A model generated the notes under the pieces. The model had not been told where the DNA came from. It worked only from the letters and a program-made list of their open reading frames with translations, and did no database searches. A DNA stretch of 64,000 nt from a virus. This document shows, piece by piece, positions 9,026 to 17,811 of this stretch (position 1 is its first letter; every line of letters begins with the position of its first letter). The position numbers and the translations under genes were made by a program. The DNA is taken from positions 64,001-128,000 of the IMG/VR virus record IMGVR_UViG_3300045004_000088; one strand, given 5' to 3'.

Positions 9026-10056
9026 TTCAACCTAGCTGAGTAAGCAGCCGCGCCGAACGGCGACTCACTGTCGAGTGTGGTTTCGGCGCGAAGGACATAC
9101 TCATAGAGAATCTTCGTGCCGAATTTCTTCAACATGTCGTTCCAGTCGTTGTACCCTTCCGGCGGTTGAACCAGTCTCAACTTGTCTTTGCCGAACCGCA
9201 GACTGATGCTCATGATCTTCTGAGCCATTGCCATCGAACCCTTTTCGCCCGCCTTGTCGCGGTCCAGACAGATGACAAGCTTGTAGTCCTTGAGCAGAAC
9301 GGCCTGCTTCTCGCTCAGGTTTTTGCCGCCCGCCGCCGCCCCGTTGAAACCGCACAGCGACAGGCTCTTGCTGTTGAACTCGCCTTCGCAGAGGTGAACG
9401 GTCGAGCCAAGAGCGGGCCAAACGCCTCCCGGCATGAAGACCACGTCTTCCTTGCCGACGCCGATCTCTTTCTCCGGGCCGAGATACTTCAACTTGGATT
9501 TGCCGATGTGACGACCGTTGAAATAACAGAGATCGCCATCCCGGTCGTAATACGGTAGGATGATCCGTGCCTTGTACTTGCCGCCGGTGCAGATGTAAAG
9601 CCCGTCGTGCGGGATCTTGCGTTCGGCGAGGTACTCACGGGCCTTGTCGCCCCACCAGCCGCGCAACCCGTCGATGGCGTAGCACTCGTCCGGCAGGGAG
9701 ATGCGAACTTTGGGTTTGTTCTCGATGAACGGCCGGTCGGCCGCTTCCATCAGTTCTTCGACCTGACGTTCGAGTTCGCCGAGGTTGGCTTCCCCCTTCA
9801 AAATGGCCGAGGCTTCGTCGTAGGGGATCTTGTCAACCAACATGACGAGCTTGACGAGCGACCCTTTGTTGTCCGTCTTGAAGCAGTGGAACACGCCGTT
9901 CGCGCGTTTCTTTTTACCGCCAGACGGACTGCACCAGAGGTGGTAGTTGTGGTCGGACTCGAAAATGGAGTTGATGCGGATCTCTTTCCCCTTGACAATG
10001 GCGTCGGGGAAACGGTCCTGCACCCAGTGTTTGAATCGACCGAAATCAATTGCCAT
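9022..10056 (-). CDS. DNA primase (zinc-binding domain + TOPRIM)
   Basis: The N-terminus contains HLWCSPSGG...GVFHCFKTDNKG, a CHC2-type zinc ribbon. The central LVICLDRDKAGEKG is a toprim D-x-D motif. Confidence 0.6.
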   Translation of the reverse strand: MAIDFGRFKHWVQDRFPDAIVKGKEIRINSIFESDHNYHLWCSPSGGKKKRANGVFHCFKTDNKGSLVKLVMLVDKIPYDEASAILKGEANLGELERQVEELMEAADRPFIENKPKVRISLPDECYAIDGLRGWWGDKAREYLAERKIPHDGLYICTGGKYKARIILPYYDRDGDLCYFNGRHIGKSKLKYLGPEKEIGVGKEDVVFMPGGVWPALGSTVHLCEGEFNSKSLSLCGFNGAAAGGKNLSEKQAVLLKDYKLVICLDRDKAGEKGSMAMAQKIMSISLRFGKDKLRLVQPPEGYNDWNDMLKKFGTKILYEYVLRAETTLDSESPFGAAAYSARLK

Positions 10057-10099
10057 GACTAATCCGAATCAAAGGGTATAATGCTGGTTGGAGGTACTC

Positions 10100-10903
10100 A
10101 TGAATCCCGAAGACGCACCGAAATCCGAATTCCTGACCATCGAACACATGTCGGTGAGCCGCTACGGGGTTTGGGATCTCTGCAACCAGCAGTACAAGTA
10201 TAAGTATCACCTCAAGGTGGTATCTGACAAGCCCGAAGCGTGCTACTTCATCTACGGCAAGATCGTCCACCGCGCCGCCGAGGAGTATGTCCGACGCAAG
10301 GGCAAGACCCCCATTCTACACTGTGCCGGCGAAGTTTTCGCGGGAAAACTGCTCCTCGAAGACGACCAGAAGGTGCCGCCCAAACTGCCGGTCGAGTACA
10401 GCAAAGAGCAACTGATTTCACACCTGCGTGCCATCGAATCGCTCCACCAGAGGATCGGATTCAGTGGTGAAATCGAATGGCCGTTCCTGTTCGACCTCGA
10501 CCCGCCGCACAAGCGGTGCGTGAAGGGCTTCATCGACCGGCTGGTGTTCACGAAGGACAAGGAACGGGCGTACATCATCGACTACAAGACCAGCAAGAAG
10601 AACAAATGGCGGAAGACGAAGGCGAACGTCAACTACGACCTCCAGTTGCGGACCTACGCGATGGTCGTGAACCGCACCTTCGGGATCGCCCCGGAGAAAA
10701 TCCGAGCGGCCTTGTTTTACCTTGAAGGTGCCGAACTGGTTGACGCCACTTTCACCCAAGAGAGCATTGACTCGGCCGCGACCGAACTGCTAACCTCTTT
10801 CAAGCAGATCCAGTCGATGCGACCGGACGAAGTCTGGGGAAGTCCGGGCTACCACTGCGAACGGTGCGATTACGCCACGATTTGTCCGTTCTTCGGAGGA
10901 TAA
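10100..10903 (+). CDS. PD-(D/E)XK nuclease, Cas4/RecB-like with C-terminal Cys cluster
   Basis: GGAGG sits 6 nt before the ATG at 10100. GFIDRLVF...YIIDYKTSKK is the PD-(D/E)XK core. One N-terminal Cys plus C-terminal CERCDYATIC give a Cas4-type 4-Cys arrangement. Confidence 0.6.
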   Translation: MNPEDAPKSEFLTIEHMSVSRYGVWDLCNQQYKYKYHLKVVSDKPEACYFIYGKIVHRAAEEYVRRKGKTPILHCAGEVFAGKLLLEDDQKVPPKLPVEYSKEQLISHLRAIESLHQRIGFSGEIEWPFLFDLDPPHKRCVKGFIDRLVFTKDKERAYIIDYKTSKKNKWRKTKANVNYDLQLRTYAMVVNRTFGIAPEKIRAALFYLEGAELVDATFTQESIDSAATELLTSFKQIQSMRPDEVWGSPGYHCERCDYATICPFFGG

Positions 10904-10906
10904 GGG

Positions 10907-11422
10907 ATGTTCGAGCAGAAAGAAAAGCTGTTGATCGTCAACCACGTCATCTATCTGACCCCGGAGCAGCGAAAAACTCTGGTAGAGGAACGCCAGCAAG
11001 TTGCGGCTATCGGCATCAGCATCCCGGTGTGGTTCGATGACAACAAGGGATCGGCACCGGCGCGAGAAGTGTTCTGTCAGTACACGGTCACCAACGAACC
11101 GAAGACCCTGATGGTTGCCGTTACGCCGAGCGGCTACAGGATCAACCTGACGCAACCGAAGCCCGACGACGAGGAAACGCCGGATTACAAGAGACTGGGA
11201 AACAAAGAGGGGATGGGCTGGCTCAAGTTCAAACAACTCCAAGTGGTCGAAGCCCCCAACGGCAAAAAGAGCAAGGTGCTTCACTACGTCGAGATTCGGG
11301 ACTGGGAGTATTTCTGGGACTCCGTCAACTGGCGGGGCAGTACCGAAGTGACATGCCCATCCGCATGTTCACCGAGTCCCCAGACTGAACCGTTACCGGA
11401 TTCGTCAGCTTCGCGCTGCTGA
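10907..11422 (+). CDS. hypothetical protein
   Basis: 171-aa ORF with balanced composition. Confidence 0.4.
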   Translation: MFEQKEKLLIVNHVIYLTPEQRKTLVEERQQVAAIGISIPVWFDDNKGSAPAREVFCQYTVTNEPKTLMVAVTPSGYRINLTQPKPDDEETPDYKRLGNKEGMGWLKFKQLQVVEAPNGKKSKVLHYVEIRDWEYFWDSVNWRGSTEVTCPSACSPSPQTEPLPDSSASRC

Positions 11423-11855
11423 TCAATACGCCCGTCGTGTTTGGTTTATCTGACAAGAAGATGTTGCTGCACGGTCCCCAACTCCCGCCGACCGCCGAGA
11501 AGGTCACGATCTGACTCGACACCTGATGCACCCCGCCCGAAACCGTCATCGAGAAGCCGGTCGTAGAATTGACCGGCTGACGTGAATACCCGTTGATGAA
11601 CGGCTCGTTCTGCAAGCTCTCCATCGTATCGCCAATTGCCAGAATCGTCCTGTTGTCCAACCCCAAGTAGTAGTTGTTGGGGATGTATGTGTTCGGCGCG
11701 TTGCCGCCCAGGAACAGGGCGTTCAAAAGGAACTGCTCGCCCAGAAAGTGGAGTGTGTTGAGTACGTTCTCCTCGCGGTAGATCACGCAGCCGTCGCGGA
11801 CCTGTTCGAGAGAAAGAATCGTCATGATGCCGGGCCAGGGTTTCTTGGTTTCCAT
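11325..11855 (-). CDS. hypothetical protein
   Basis: 176-aa ORF rich in N, G and S. Its start faces a divergent intergenic region that carries a TATATAAG motif. Confidence 0.35.
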   Translation of the reverse strand: METKKPWPGIMTILSLEQVRDGCVIYREENVLNTLHFLGEQFLLNALFLGGNAPNTYIPNNYYLGLDNRTILAIGDTMESLQNEPFINGYSRQPVNSTTGFSMTVSGGVHQVSSQIVTFSAVGGSWGPCSNIFLSDKPNTTGVLISSAKLTNPVTVQSGDSVNMRMGMSLRYCPAS

Positions 11856-11906
11856 GCCGTATATAAGTTAGTACGAATGACGTTTTGGAGATTTCAGGAG
11901 AAACCA

Positions 11907-12176
11907 ATGACCTTCGCCGAGTACGTCAAAATGAGAGAGACGGCGGGCGATTCGTGGGGAACCGCACCCGCGCCTCCGGTCCAAATCATGTTGGGACCGA
12001 ACGCACCCATTGCCGGCAACACCAAAGGTGCCAGACCACCCGGCAAAGAAGAACAGTTCGGCAAAGAGAAGAAACGCAAAAAGCCGCCGCGAGAGATCAC
12101 ACAACCGAGCTACGACGACCGCGACCTAATAAAACGGAACATGTATAGGGCCAAAGAACTGGGTGTCAACCCGTGA
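11907..12176 (+). CDS. small basic protein
   Basis: AGGAG precedes the ATG at 11907. The product has a K/R-rich C-terminus (KEKKRKKPPREI). Confidence 0.35.
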   Translation: MTFAEYVKMRETAGDSWGTAPAPPVQIMLGPNAPIAGNTKGARPPGKEEQFGKEKKRKKPPREITQPSYDDRDLIKRNMYRAKELGVNP

Positions 12177-12177
12177 G

Positions 12178-12810
12178 TCACACGAAGCGGAAGACGGACC
12201 CGTATTCTTTGTAGAAGAGGATTTCGCCCGGAACGCCCGGCATATCGAGCATGTACTTCTTCCACCTCAACCACTTATGCCACAATTCCGGCTGGTTGGT
12301 CGGGATCATCGACATGATTTCTCTGAGCCGGTCGAACTCGTCCCGCTCGCTGTAAATCAGAGTGTACATCAAAGGCAAATAAACCCTGATGAACTCTCGC
12401 CAGACCCACGTCTCTTTGATGAAGAGTTGAGATTCCATCGACAGAAGCTTGTCGTAGAACCGAGTGTACTGATCGGCCGGCATGGGCTTGTTTCGGAAAT
12501 TGAGGCCGCTCGGTATGCCGATACCGTTGACCAAATTGAGAAGCCGGTGGTTGGGAATGATCACCGCATCACTGATAAAAACCTCGCCGCGTGGAATGAT
12601 CCGTTCCTGAATAGTTGGGAGCGATTGATTGTCTTCGCACTCGGTGAGATTCCATTGCCTGACCGCGATCTGATCGGGGTGGCGATAAGCGTCGTTCAAA
12701 GTAACAACCTTCCGGTCGCCACGCTCGCTTTCCAGGCAGAAAGAGCAAGGGACCGGAAGGTTGTTACGAAGATCTGTACTGCGAATGTAGAACTCCAAAG
12801 CCGCGATCAT
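12178..12810 (-). CDS. hypothetical Trp/Tyr-rich protein
   Basis: 210-aa ORF, co-directional with the poly-Asp and metallopeptidase genes. Confidence 0.4.
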   Translation of the reverse strand: MIAALEFYIRSTDLRNNLPVPCSFCLESERGDRKVVTLNDAYRHPDQIAVRQWNLTECEDNQSLPTIQERIIPRGEVFISDAVIIPNHRLLNLVNGIGIPSGLNFRNKPMPADQYTRFYDKLLSMESQLFIKETWVWREFIRVYLPLMYTLIYSERDEFDRLREIMSMIPTNQPELWHKWLRWKKYMLDMPGVPGEILFYKEYGSVFRFV

Positions 12811-12818
12811 TGCGCCTC

Positions 12819-13157
12819 TCAGAAGTTCACGTCATCGTCGTCGTCATCGTCATCGAAGTCGTCGTCGTCGTCATCGTCATCGTCATCATCCCAGTCGTCA
12901 TCGTCGTCTAGGTCGTCATCGTCTTCGTCATCGAAGTCGTCGTCATCATCCCAGTCGTCATCGTCGTCTTCGTCATCGAAGTCGTCATCGTCATCGTCAT
13001 CGTCATCGAGATCATCGTCGTCGTCCCAGTCGTCGTCATCGTCGTCTAGGTCGCCGTCGAAGTCATCATCGTCATCGACGCCCCCGCCGAATCCGCCGGG
13101 AACGCCGGACGACATCGCGTTCCGGTTCTTGTAATCGTCTTCTGGGAAAGCTGCCAT
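12819..13157 (-). CDS. extreme poly-aspartate acidic protein
   Basis: ATG at 13157. After a short N-terminal leader, the remainder is (D5-9 F/W/L)n: DDDDDFDGDLDDDDDDWDDDDDLDDDDDDDDDFDDEDDDDDWDDDDDF... Confidence 0.5.
   Translation of the reverse strand: MAAFPEDDYKNRNAMSSGVPGGFGGGVDDDDDFDGDLDDDDDDWDDDDDLDDDDDDDDDFDDEDDDDDWDDDDDFDDEDDDDLDDDDDWDDDDDDDDDDDFDDDDDDDDVNF
12838..13085. repeat. GAC/GAT (GTC/ATC) trinucleotide repeat tract with higher-order ~48-nt units
   Basis: gtcatcgtcgtcgtcatcgtc... repeated. Blocks such as cccagtcgtcatcgtcgtct..gtcgtcatcgtcttcgtcatcgaagtcgtc recur. Confidence 0.7.
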
Positions 13158-13177
13158 GATAGCCCTCTCTGGGTTGG

Positions 13178-14839
13178 TTAACACACCTTTTGACGGACGA
13201 CTTGGCAGCTTCGCACAGTACGAGAGCCGCACACTCGTTCGTTGACGTAGCACCCCAGTTTCGGTGGACGAACTGGAGGGTCTACTTTCTTCTTACAACC
13301 GGAGCAACACCCCGAATTGTTTTCTGGTTTCCACGGCTTACCAAACTCTGGCGCACCGGGCAAGGTGGCGTTGTTGAAGTAGCCGTCGTCGGAATTATAG
13401 CTGGTCCTCAGCAGCGAGCCTGATTCATCAACCTTGAAAACGTGGTGGTCCTTGACCGGCTCCCCGTGAAGGGTTACTAGGTCCGACTCCCAAATATAGT
13501 CAAGACCAAGTTTAACTTCATCGAGAATTTCCTCGTCTTCTGCGCCGTCTACGAACCCCGCCATGCCGAAGCCCTGAGCGACCAAAAGTTGCTCGTGCGG
13601 GACATCAACCTTACAGAAGTACAGCGGATTGTCAGACTGACCGACAATCATTGTATCCGCCAGTACCATCTGAGTGCTTTTTTCGCGAATCAAGAAATCC
13701 TGATCGCCGATCTTCACAGCCTTGTCGGTCGGCAAAACCTCGACGCTTTCGGTCGAGGCCGCACGAACCGTGGTCAACCCCCACGTCGCAAAAACGCTCG
13801 CAACTTCAGTTGCGTAAGGCCCGGTAGCGAGTTCTGTCAACATGGTACTCGCAATTGAAGCCATGTACCTCGGAGTCAGCGGGGCGTTTTGTACCGCACG
13901 GAACAAAACCGTAGCCATTTCGTCGCGTGCGATGATCAGTGCTTCGCGTGTGCCGATACCGCCCGGTGCCTTCACTTTGGCGTAAACGGCCATGATCGCA
14001 GCGTAAAACGCACTGCTGAACACGCGGCTGAAACTGTGGACCTCGCTGGACAACTGGTTCTTCGGCGCAGATCTCGGCAGTGTGGCCGGATCGATGTAGT
14101 AGTACGGAACCGAAGCGTCACGCAGCCCGCCGATCACCCCGTTGATCGCATAGCCCAGATCCGGTGCTACGGACGACGCAATGGTACTGCTTTGGGCCGC
14201 GTCCATCTGCTGTGCAGTATAGGTCAAAACCGGGTCAATCGACATCGCATGCAGGATCGAGCCGCAGTCGGCGAACGCTTCGTGAAACGCACCCTGTTCA
14301 ATGAATGGAGTATTGAACAGCACGGGCTTCAAAGAGTCAAGTACCGAGTGAAAGAATTCGTGGGTGACCACGTCGTTCGACAAACAGGTGTGGACCACCT
14401 GCCCGTTCACAGGGTTCCGGCCCGTGAAGAACTGCAACGACTCGCGATTGTAGAAGGCGTTCAACTGGTTCCCGGCGTTCGGGTAAACGCGAAGAACTTT
14501 GACCGCCGCCCACTTCGGGAGCGTGCCGAGGTACTTCTTCAACATCCTTTGGGCCGAGCAGAGCGTAGCCATGCAGTTGGCCGCGAGCGCCTGTGGTGAG
14601 TTCGGATCGGGGGAATAACCCTTGTAGTTCTGAACGGAAAACGGCGGGTCCGGGTTCTCGGTCGGAACCTGAACGTTTTGGATGAAGGGGGTGTTTGACT
14701 CCTCGTCCATGAAGAAACGGATCTCACCGTCACGGCGGATCACGCTCTCTGAAGGGGTAGGGGTTGGCGGGCGAGACGGACCATACGGGCGTCTGTTCTG
14801 CTGTGTCTGCGTCACTGCTAGGTTTTTCTTGGTTTCCAT
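13178..14839 (-). CDS. zinc metallopeptidase, thermolysin-like (gluzincin), with Cys-rich C-terminal tail
   Basis: VVTHEFFHSV is an HExxH motif. The downstream GAFHEAFADCGS matches the M4 third-ligand motif (NEAxSD). The C-terminus is SGCCSGCKKK...GCYVNERVCGSRTVRSC. Confidence 0.55.
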   Translation of the reverse strand: METKKNLAVTQTQQNRRPYGPSRPPTPTPSESVIRRDGEIRFFMDEESNTPFIQNVQVPTENPDPPFSVQNYKGYSPDPNSPQALAANCMATLCSAQRMLKKYLGTLPKWAAVKVLRVYPNAGNQLNAFYNRESLQFFTGRNPVNGQVVHTCLSNDVVTHEFFHSVLDSLKPVLFNTPFIEQGAFHEAFADCGSILHAMSIDPVLTYTAQQMDAAQSSTIASSVAPDLGYAINGVIGGLRDASVPYYYIDPATLPRSAPKNQLSSEVHSFSRVFSSAFYAAIMAVYAKVKAPGGIGTREALIIARDEMATVLFRAVQNAPLTPRYMASIASTMLTELATGPYATEVASVFATWGLTTVRAASTESVEVLPTDKAVKIGDQDFLIREKSTQMVLADTMIVGQSDNPLYFCKVDVPHEQLLVAQGFGMAGFVDGAEDEEILDEVKLGLDYIWESDLVTLHGEPVKDHHVFKVDESGSLLRTSYNSDDGYFNNATLPGAPEFGKPWKPENNSGCCSGCKKKVDPPVRPPKLGCYVNERVCGSRTVRSCQVVRQKVC

Positions 14840-14866
14840 TGTGCCTCCGAGGTATATAGTCGCATC

Positions 14867-15409
14867 ATGCGATCAAAAGAAGACATCATCCGCGAGCAAC
14901 GCACCGTCGAGGCGGTACGCAAGGGTCTTATGAGCGGCGAGGGCAAGCTCGCGTGCGTCGCGCGGATGTTGGGAGACAAGGTTTACGGGCGACACGGCGG
15001 CGGCAGGCGTGCCATGTTCCATGAATTCGAGAACATGATGGGCCTCGAACAGAACTTCCTCGAAGAAGACGAACTCGAAGAGGGCGAAATCCCCACGGCC
15101 GATGCGGGCATGGCCGCGAACGCCTACCTCTTTAACGGCTACAGTCGGGGGCTTCATCTGGAGATCAAGTTTGACGGCCCGGAAATTTGGGTGCGGTGGA
15201 AGGGCGAGATCGTGTACCATGAGATGAGTGGTGAACTTGGGGCGTTCGCCCCAGGCGACTGGGAAATGGAAATCGAAAAACTGGCAGTGGTTGCCCGCAA
15301 GAAAGAATACGAATACATCAACCTCGCCGACCAACGCGATGTTGCCATCGGCCAAAGGATGAAGGAACAATTCCTCGAAGAGATGAAACGAAAATGGGGA
15401 CTAAAGTAA
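14867..15409 (+). CDS. hypothetical protein
   Basis: 180-aa ORF. A TATATAG motif lies 10 nt upstream. Confidence 0.4.
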   Translation: MRSKEDIIREQRTVEAVRKGLMSGEGKLACVARMLGDKVYGRHGGGRRAMFHEFENMMGLEQNFLEEDELEEGEIPTADAGMAANAYLFNGYSRGLHLEIKFDGPEIWVRWKGEIVYHEMSGELGAFAPGDWEMEIEKLAVVARKKEYEYINLADQRDVAIGQRMKEQFLEEMKRKWGLK

Positions 15410-15714
15410 AACTCTGTTGTGAAACCGGCGTGACCCACATCTGTGGCGGGCCGGGAGCGTGGGATTTCGGCGACAACCACCCCGGCATCATCTACTGCCC
15501 GTGGTGCGGAACCAAGTTACCGGAAAAGAATATCTGCAAGTTCGAGGTGGTGGTTCGCTACGACCGTGGACTCGGAGCCGAGTTCAAAACGAAAGAAGTC
15601 GAAGCGGACAATATGGCCGACGCCAAAAAAGTTGCTGAGGACGCTGTCGCCGAGGAGCTTCGCGGCTCCAAGTTCAACGTCCTCGGCAGTCAGGTCAGAC
15701 CGATCAAGGCGTAA
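15394..15714 (+). CDS. small zinc-ribbon protein
   Basis: The product contains CCETGVTHICGG...YCPWCG, two Cys pairs. Confidence 0.4.
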   Translation: MGTKVKLCCETGVTHICGGPGAWDFGDNHPGIIYCPWCGTKLPEKNICKFEVVVRYDRGLGAEFKTKEVEADNMADAKKVAEDAVAEELRGSKFNVLGSQVRPIKA

Positions 15715-16513
15715 TCAAATCGCCCGAAGTCAGAATGTATGGCACTTCTGCGGCAGTGAGCCTGTTATTGCTGCCGTCGTAGGTGTAGGTCGTTTTCTTC
15801 GCCAAGTCCCCCACCCTCGCGCCGGCCGGGTAGTAAATCGAAGTCATCAGGTTCGTGCCGGTGTAACTGTTCTTTGTGAAGTGGAACGCATCGTTACTGC
15901 CCGCCAAGAGTTGCCAGTCGGCTTTCGGCGAGGTGTAATCCATTCCCGCGAGCGTAATCACGGCCTGATCATTGGCGTCGGCCAAGTTCAACTTCAGCAA
16001 AATGCCGACCGGCAGTTCCGGGTAGGTAGCAGCTTGTGAAATGGCGAACCGCTCGAAGTAAGAGGGCAGTTCAACAACTGCCGCCTTCTTGTTGAACCGC
16101 AGAGCATTTTCGGCCGACGTGTTGCTGATGTAGGCGCGGATAGCCGTCTTGTCCCGGCTGCTCCTGATCAGAACGGTGTTCAGGCCGTCCACTCTGGAAA
16201 CGCTGGCGGTGAAAAGGGCCGCGAACACCGCGTTGGCGTTCAGTGCGTTGACAATTTCGTAGGCTTTGGTGGCGCTCGCCGTCGAACCACTCACGTTGAT
16301 CGAGAGCGAGGCGAAGTTCGGGCTGGTGAAGTCGAGCGCGTAGTTGATTGTCAGGGTCGTGTTGACCGACAGGTCATACGGCTCCGGGTTCCACGCGATC
16401 ATCAACTCGCTGCGATTGACGTTGGCTCTGGCGACAGAGTTGAGAGAATACTGGCGGTCGGCCGAAAGCAGACTGCCACGAAATTCTTGATCGAACAGGT
16501 TCTGAAAAAACAT
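15704..16513 (-). CDS. hypothetical S/T/N/A-rich protein, possibly structural
   Basis: 269-aa ORF with a composition typical of virion or fibre proteins. Confidence 0.35.
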   Translation of the reverse strand: MFFQNLFDQEFRGSLLSADRQYSLNSVARANVNRSELMIAWNPEPYDLSVNTTLTINYALDFTSPNFASLSINVSGSTASATKAYEIVNALNANAVFAALFTASVSRVDGLNTVLIRSSRDKTAIRAYISNTSAENALRFNKKAAVVELPSYFERFAISQAATYPELPVGILLKLNLADANDQAVITLAGMDYTSPKADWQLLAGSNDAFHFTKNSYTGTNLMTSIYYPAGARVGDLAKKTTYTYDGSNNRLTAAEVPYILTSGDLITP

Positions 16514-16531
16514 GGTCCTCCTGTGTATTAT

Positions 16532-17059
16532 TTAGCTTGTACCGCTTACCTCTGCGAGTAGTTTTTTTGCATATCGAGGGTCCGCGAGCAGCTTGCTGCT
16601 GAACCGTTCGTCGGTGGCCGGCACCGCGAAGACTAGATTCTCTTTGACGAGTAACGGAACCCGGTCTGGCGTCATCTGGCCTTCCGGCATCTCGCACTCT
16701 GCCATCGCGAAGTAGGTCTGGTCGCCGTGGTCCTTGAAGAAGTCCACTTCCCACCCCTTGTAGGGGGCAGCATATTTATACCGGACCTTCTCGAACCTGA
16801 CCAGCGACTGACCCCACAGGTCGTTGTAATCGCGTTCGTCAATGTCCTGTTCGATCTCGATGACGCGGGAGCCGACGTTGTTCTTATAGGTGAAGACGTA
16901 GCTCGAACGGACGCCGTCGCGGATCTTCCTGACCCGAACCGTCATCCCCCGAACCGCACACGGGTAACCCTGCCAAATGTGCAGCGGCCGGGCGACACCA
17001 GAGAACTGGGATTCGGATTCGATCTTGATGACGTATTTCAGTTCGTTTTCCGTGGGCAT
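16532..17059 (-). CDS. CYTH-domain protein (triphosphate tunnel metalloenzyme family)
   Basis: N-terminal ENELKYVIK matches the ExExK signature (EIERKFLV). The central R-x-R / TYK pattern and the C-terminal GWEVDFF...AMAECEMP match the CYTH wEvDeF...aEvE core. Length is 175 aa. Confidence 0.5.
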   Translation of the reverse strand: MPTENELKYVIKIESESQFSGVARPLHIWQGYPCAVRGMTVRVRKIRDGVRSSYVFTYKNNVGSRVIEIEQDIDERDYNDLWGQSLVRFEKVRYKYAAPYKGWEVDFFKDHGDQTYFAMAECEMPEGQMTPDRVPLLVKENLVFAVPATDERFSSKLLADPRYAKKLLAEVSGTS

Positions 17060-17066
17060 AGAATCC

Positions 17067-17801
17067 TCACTTGTTGTGAACGCGGTTCAGAGCTTTGAAA
17101 TACTCCTCGATCATCGGACGGAACTTCTCAGGCAAATCCCTCGTGATTTCCTGCACAACTTTAGCGCGTTTCTCTGGCGGGAGCGTTCCCCACTGTTCGG
17201 CGACCTCTTTCAACTTCTTGTCATCTACTTTGCCCGACCCGGTGCCGCCCATGACGATTGAATCGGGGGCCGGACTGTTGGGCTTGCCGTTACCCGGCCC
17301 CTGCTTGTCTTTGCCGGCCTGAGCGTCCTGTTCTGACTTGGACCCCTTGCCGCCGTCTTCTTTTTCTTTGATCAACTTGTCGAGTTTGGCGACGATGTCC
17401 TGCTGGATCTTCTGGGTGTCTTTGCCGGCGCGGGCGAGATCTAGCTTGTCGGCCGACATTCTCATGTCGCGTTCGATGTCGCCGAGGTCGTCCTTTTTCC
17501 AATCCTGAAGGTCACGTTCCATGAACAGTGCCATCGCCAAATGGCGTCTTTCAAGTGGCCGGAAGCTCTCCTTGAGATTCCAGACCCACTTCTGGGCTTC
17601 GATTTTGTTGTTGAGGGCGAAATAGTTGACCGCCATCAAGAAGCAGTATTCGTTGTACTGCTCGTTTGTGGGGGCGAACCCCTTCAAACGCACGAGTGAC
17701 GCCTCATAATCTTTCTGGTACGTCAAATCTTTGGCTTGCAGAAGGGGACTGGTCGGTACGGGCTGAAGGGCCAGCACCAACGCAAGAAACAGTGCAGTCA
17801 T
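17067..17801 (-). CDS. secreted protein with N-terminal signal peptide
   Basis: ATG at 17801 gives MTALFLALVLALQPVPTSPLLQA, a hydrophobic h-region followed by an AXA-like cleavage site. The C-terminal half is K/D/E-rich. Confidence 0.45.
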   Translation of the reverse strand: MTALFLALVLALQPVPTSPLLQAKDLTYQKDYEASLVRLKGFAPTNEQYNEYCFLMAVNYFALNNKIEAQKWVWNLKESFRPLERRHLAMALFMERDLQDWKKDDLGDIERDMRMSADKLDLARAGKDTQKIQQDIVAKLDKLIKEKEDGGKGSKSEQDAQAGKDKQGPGNGKPNSPAPDSIVMGGTGSGKVDDKKLKEVAEQWGTLPPEKRAKVVQEITRDLPEKFRPMIEEYFKALNRVHNK

Positions 17802-17811
17802 TTTTGTGCCT

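Noticed and set aside
8672-9043. 123-aa + strand ORF
   Set aside because: Antisense to the 118-aa minus-strand gene, which is co-directional with the primase. The product has odd composition and no motif.
12163-13134. 323-aa + strand ORF ending in poly-Ser (SSSSSSKSSSS...)
   Set aside because: It is the mirror of the poly-Asp gene and of the well-formed minus-strand gene 12178..12810. All neighbouring genes are on the minus strand. The poly-Ser is a by-product of the GAC/GTC repeat.
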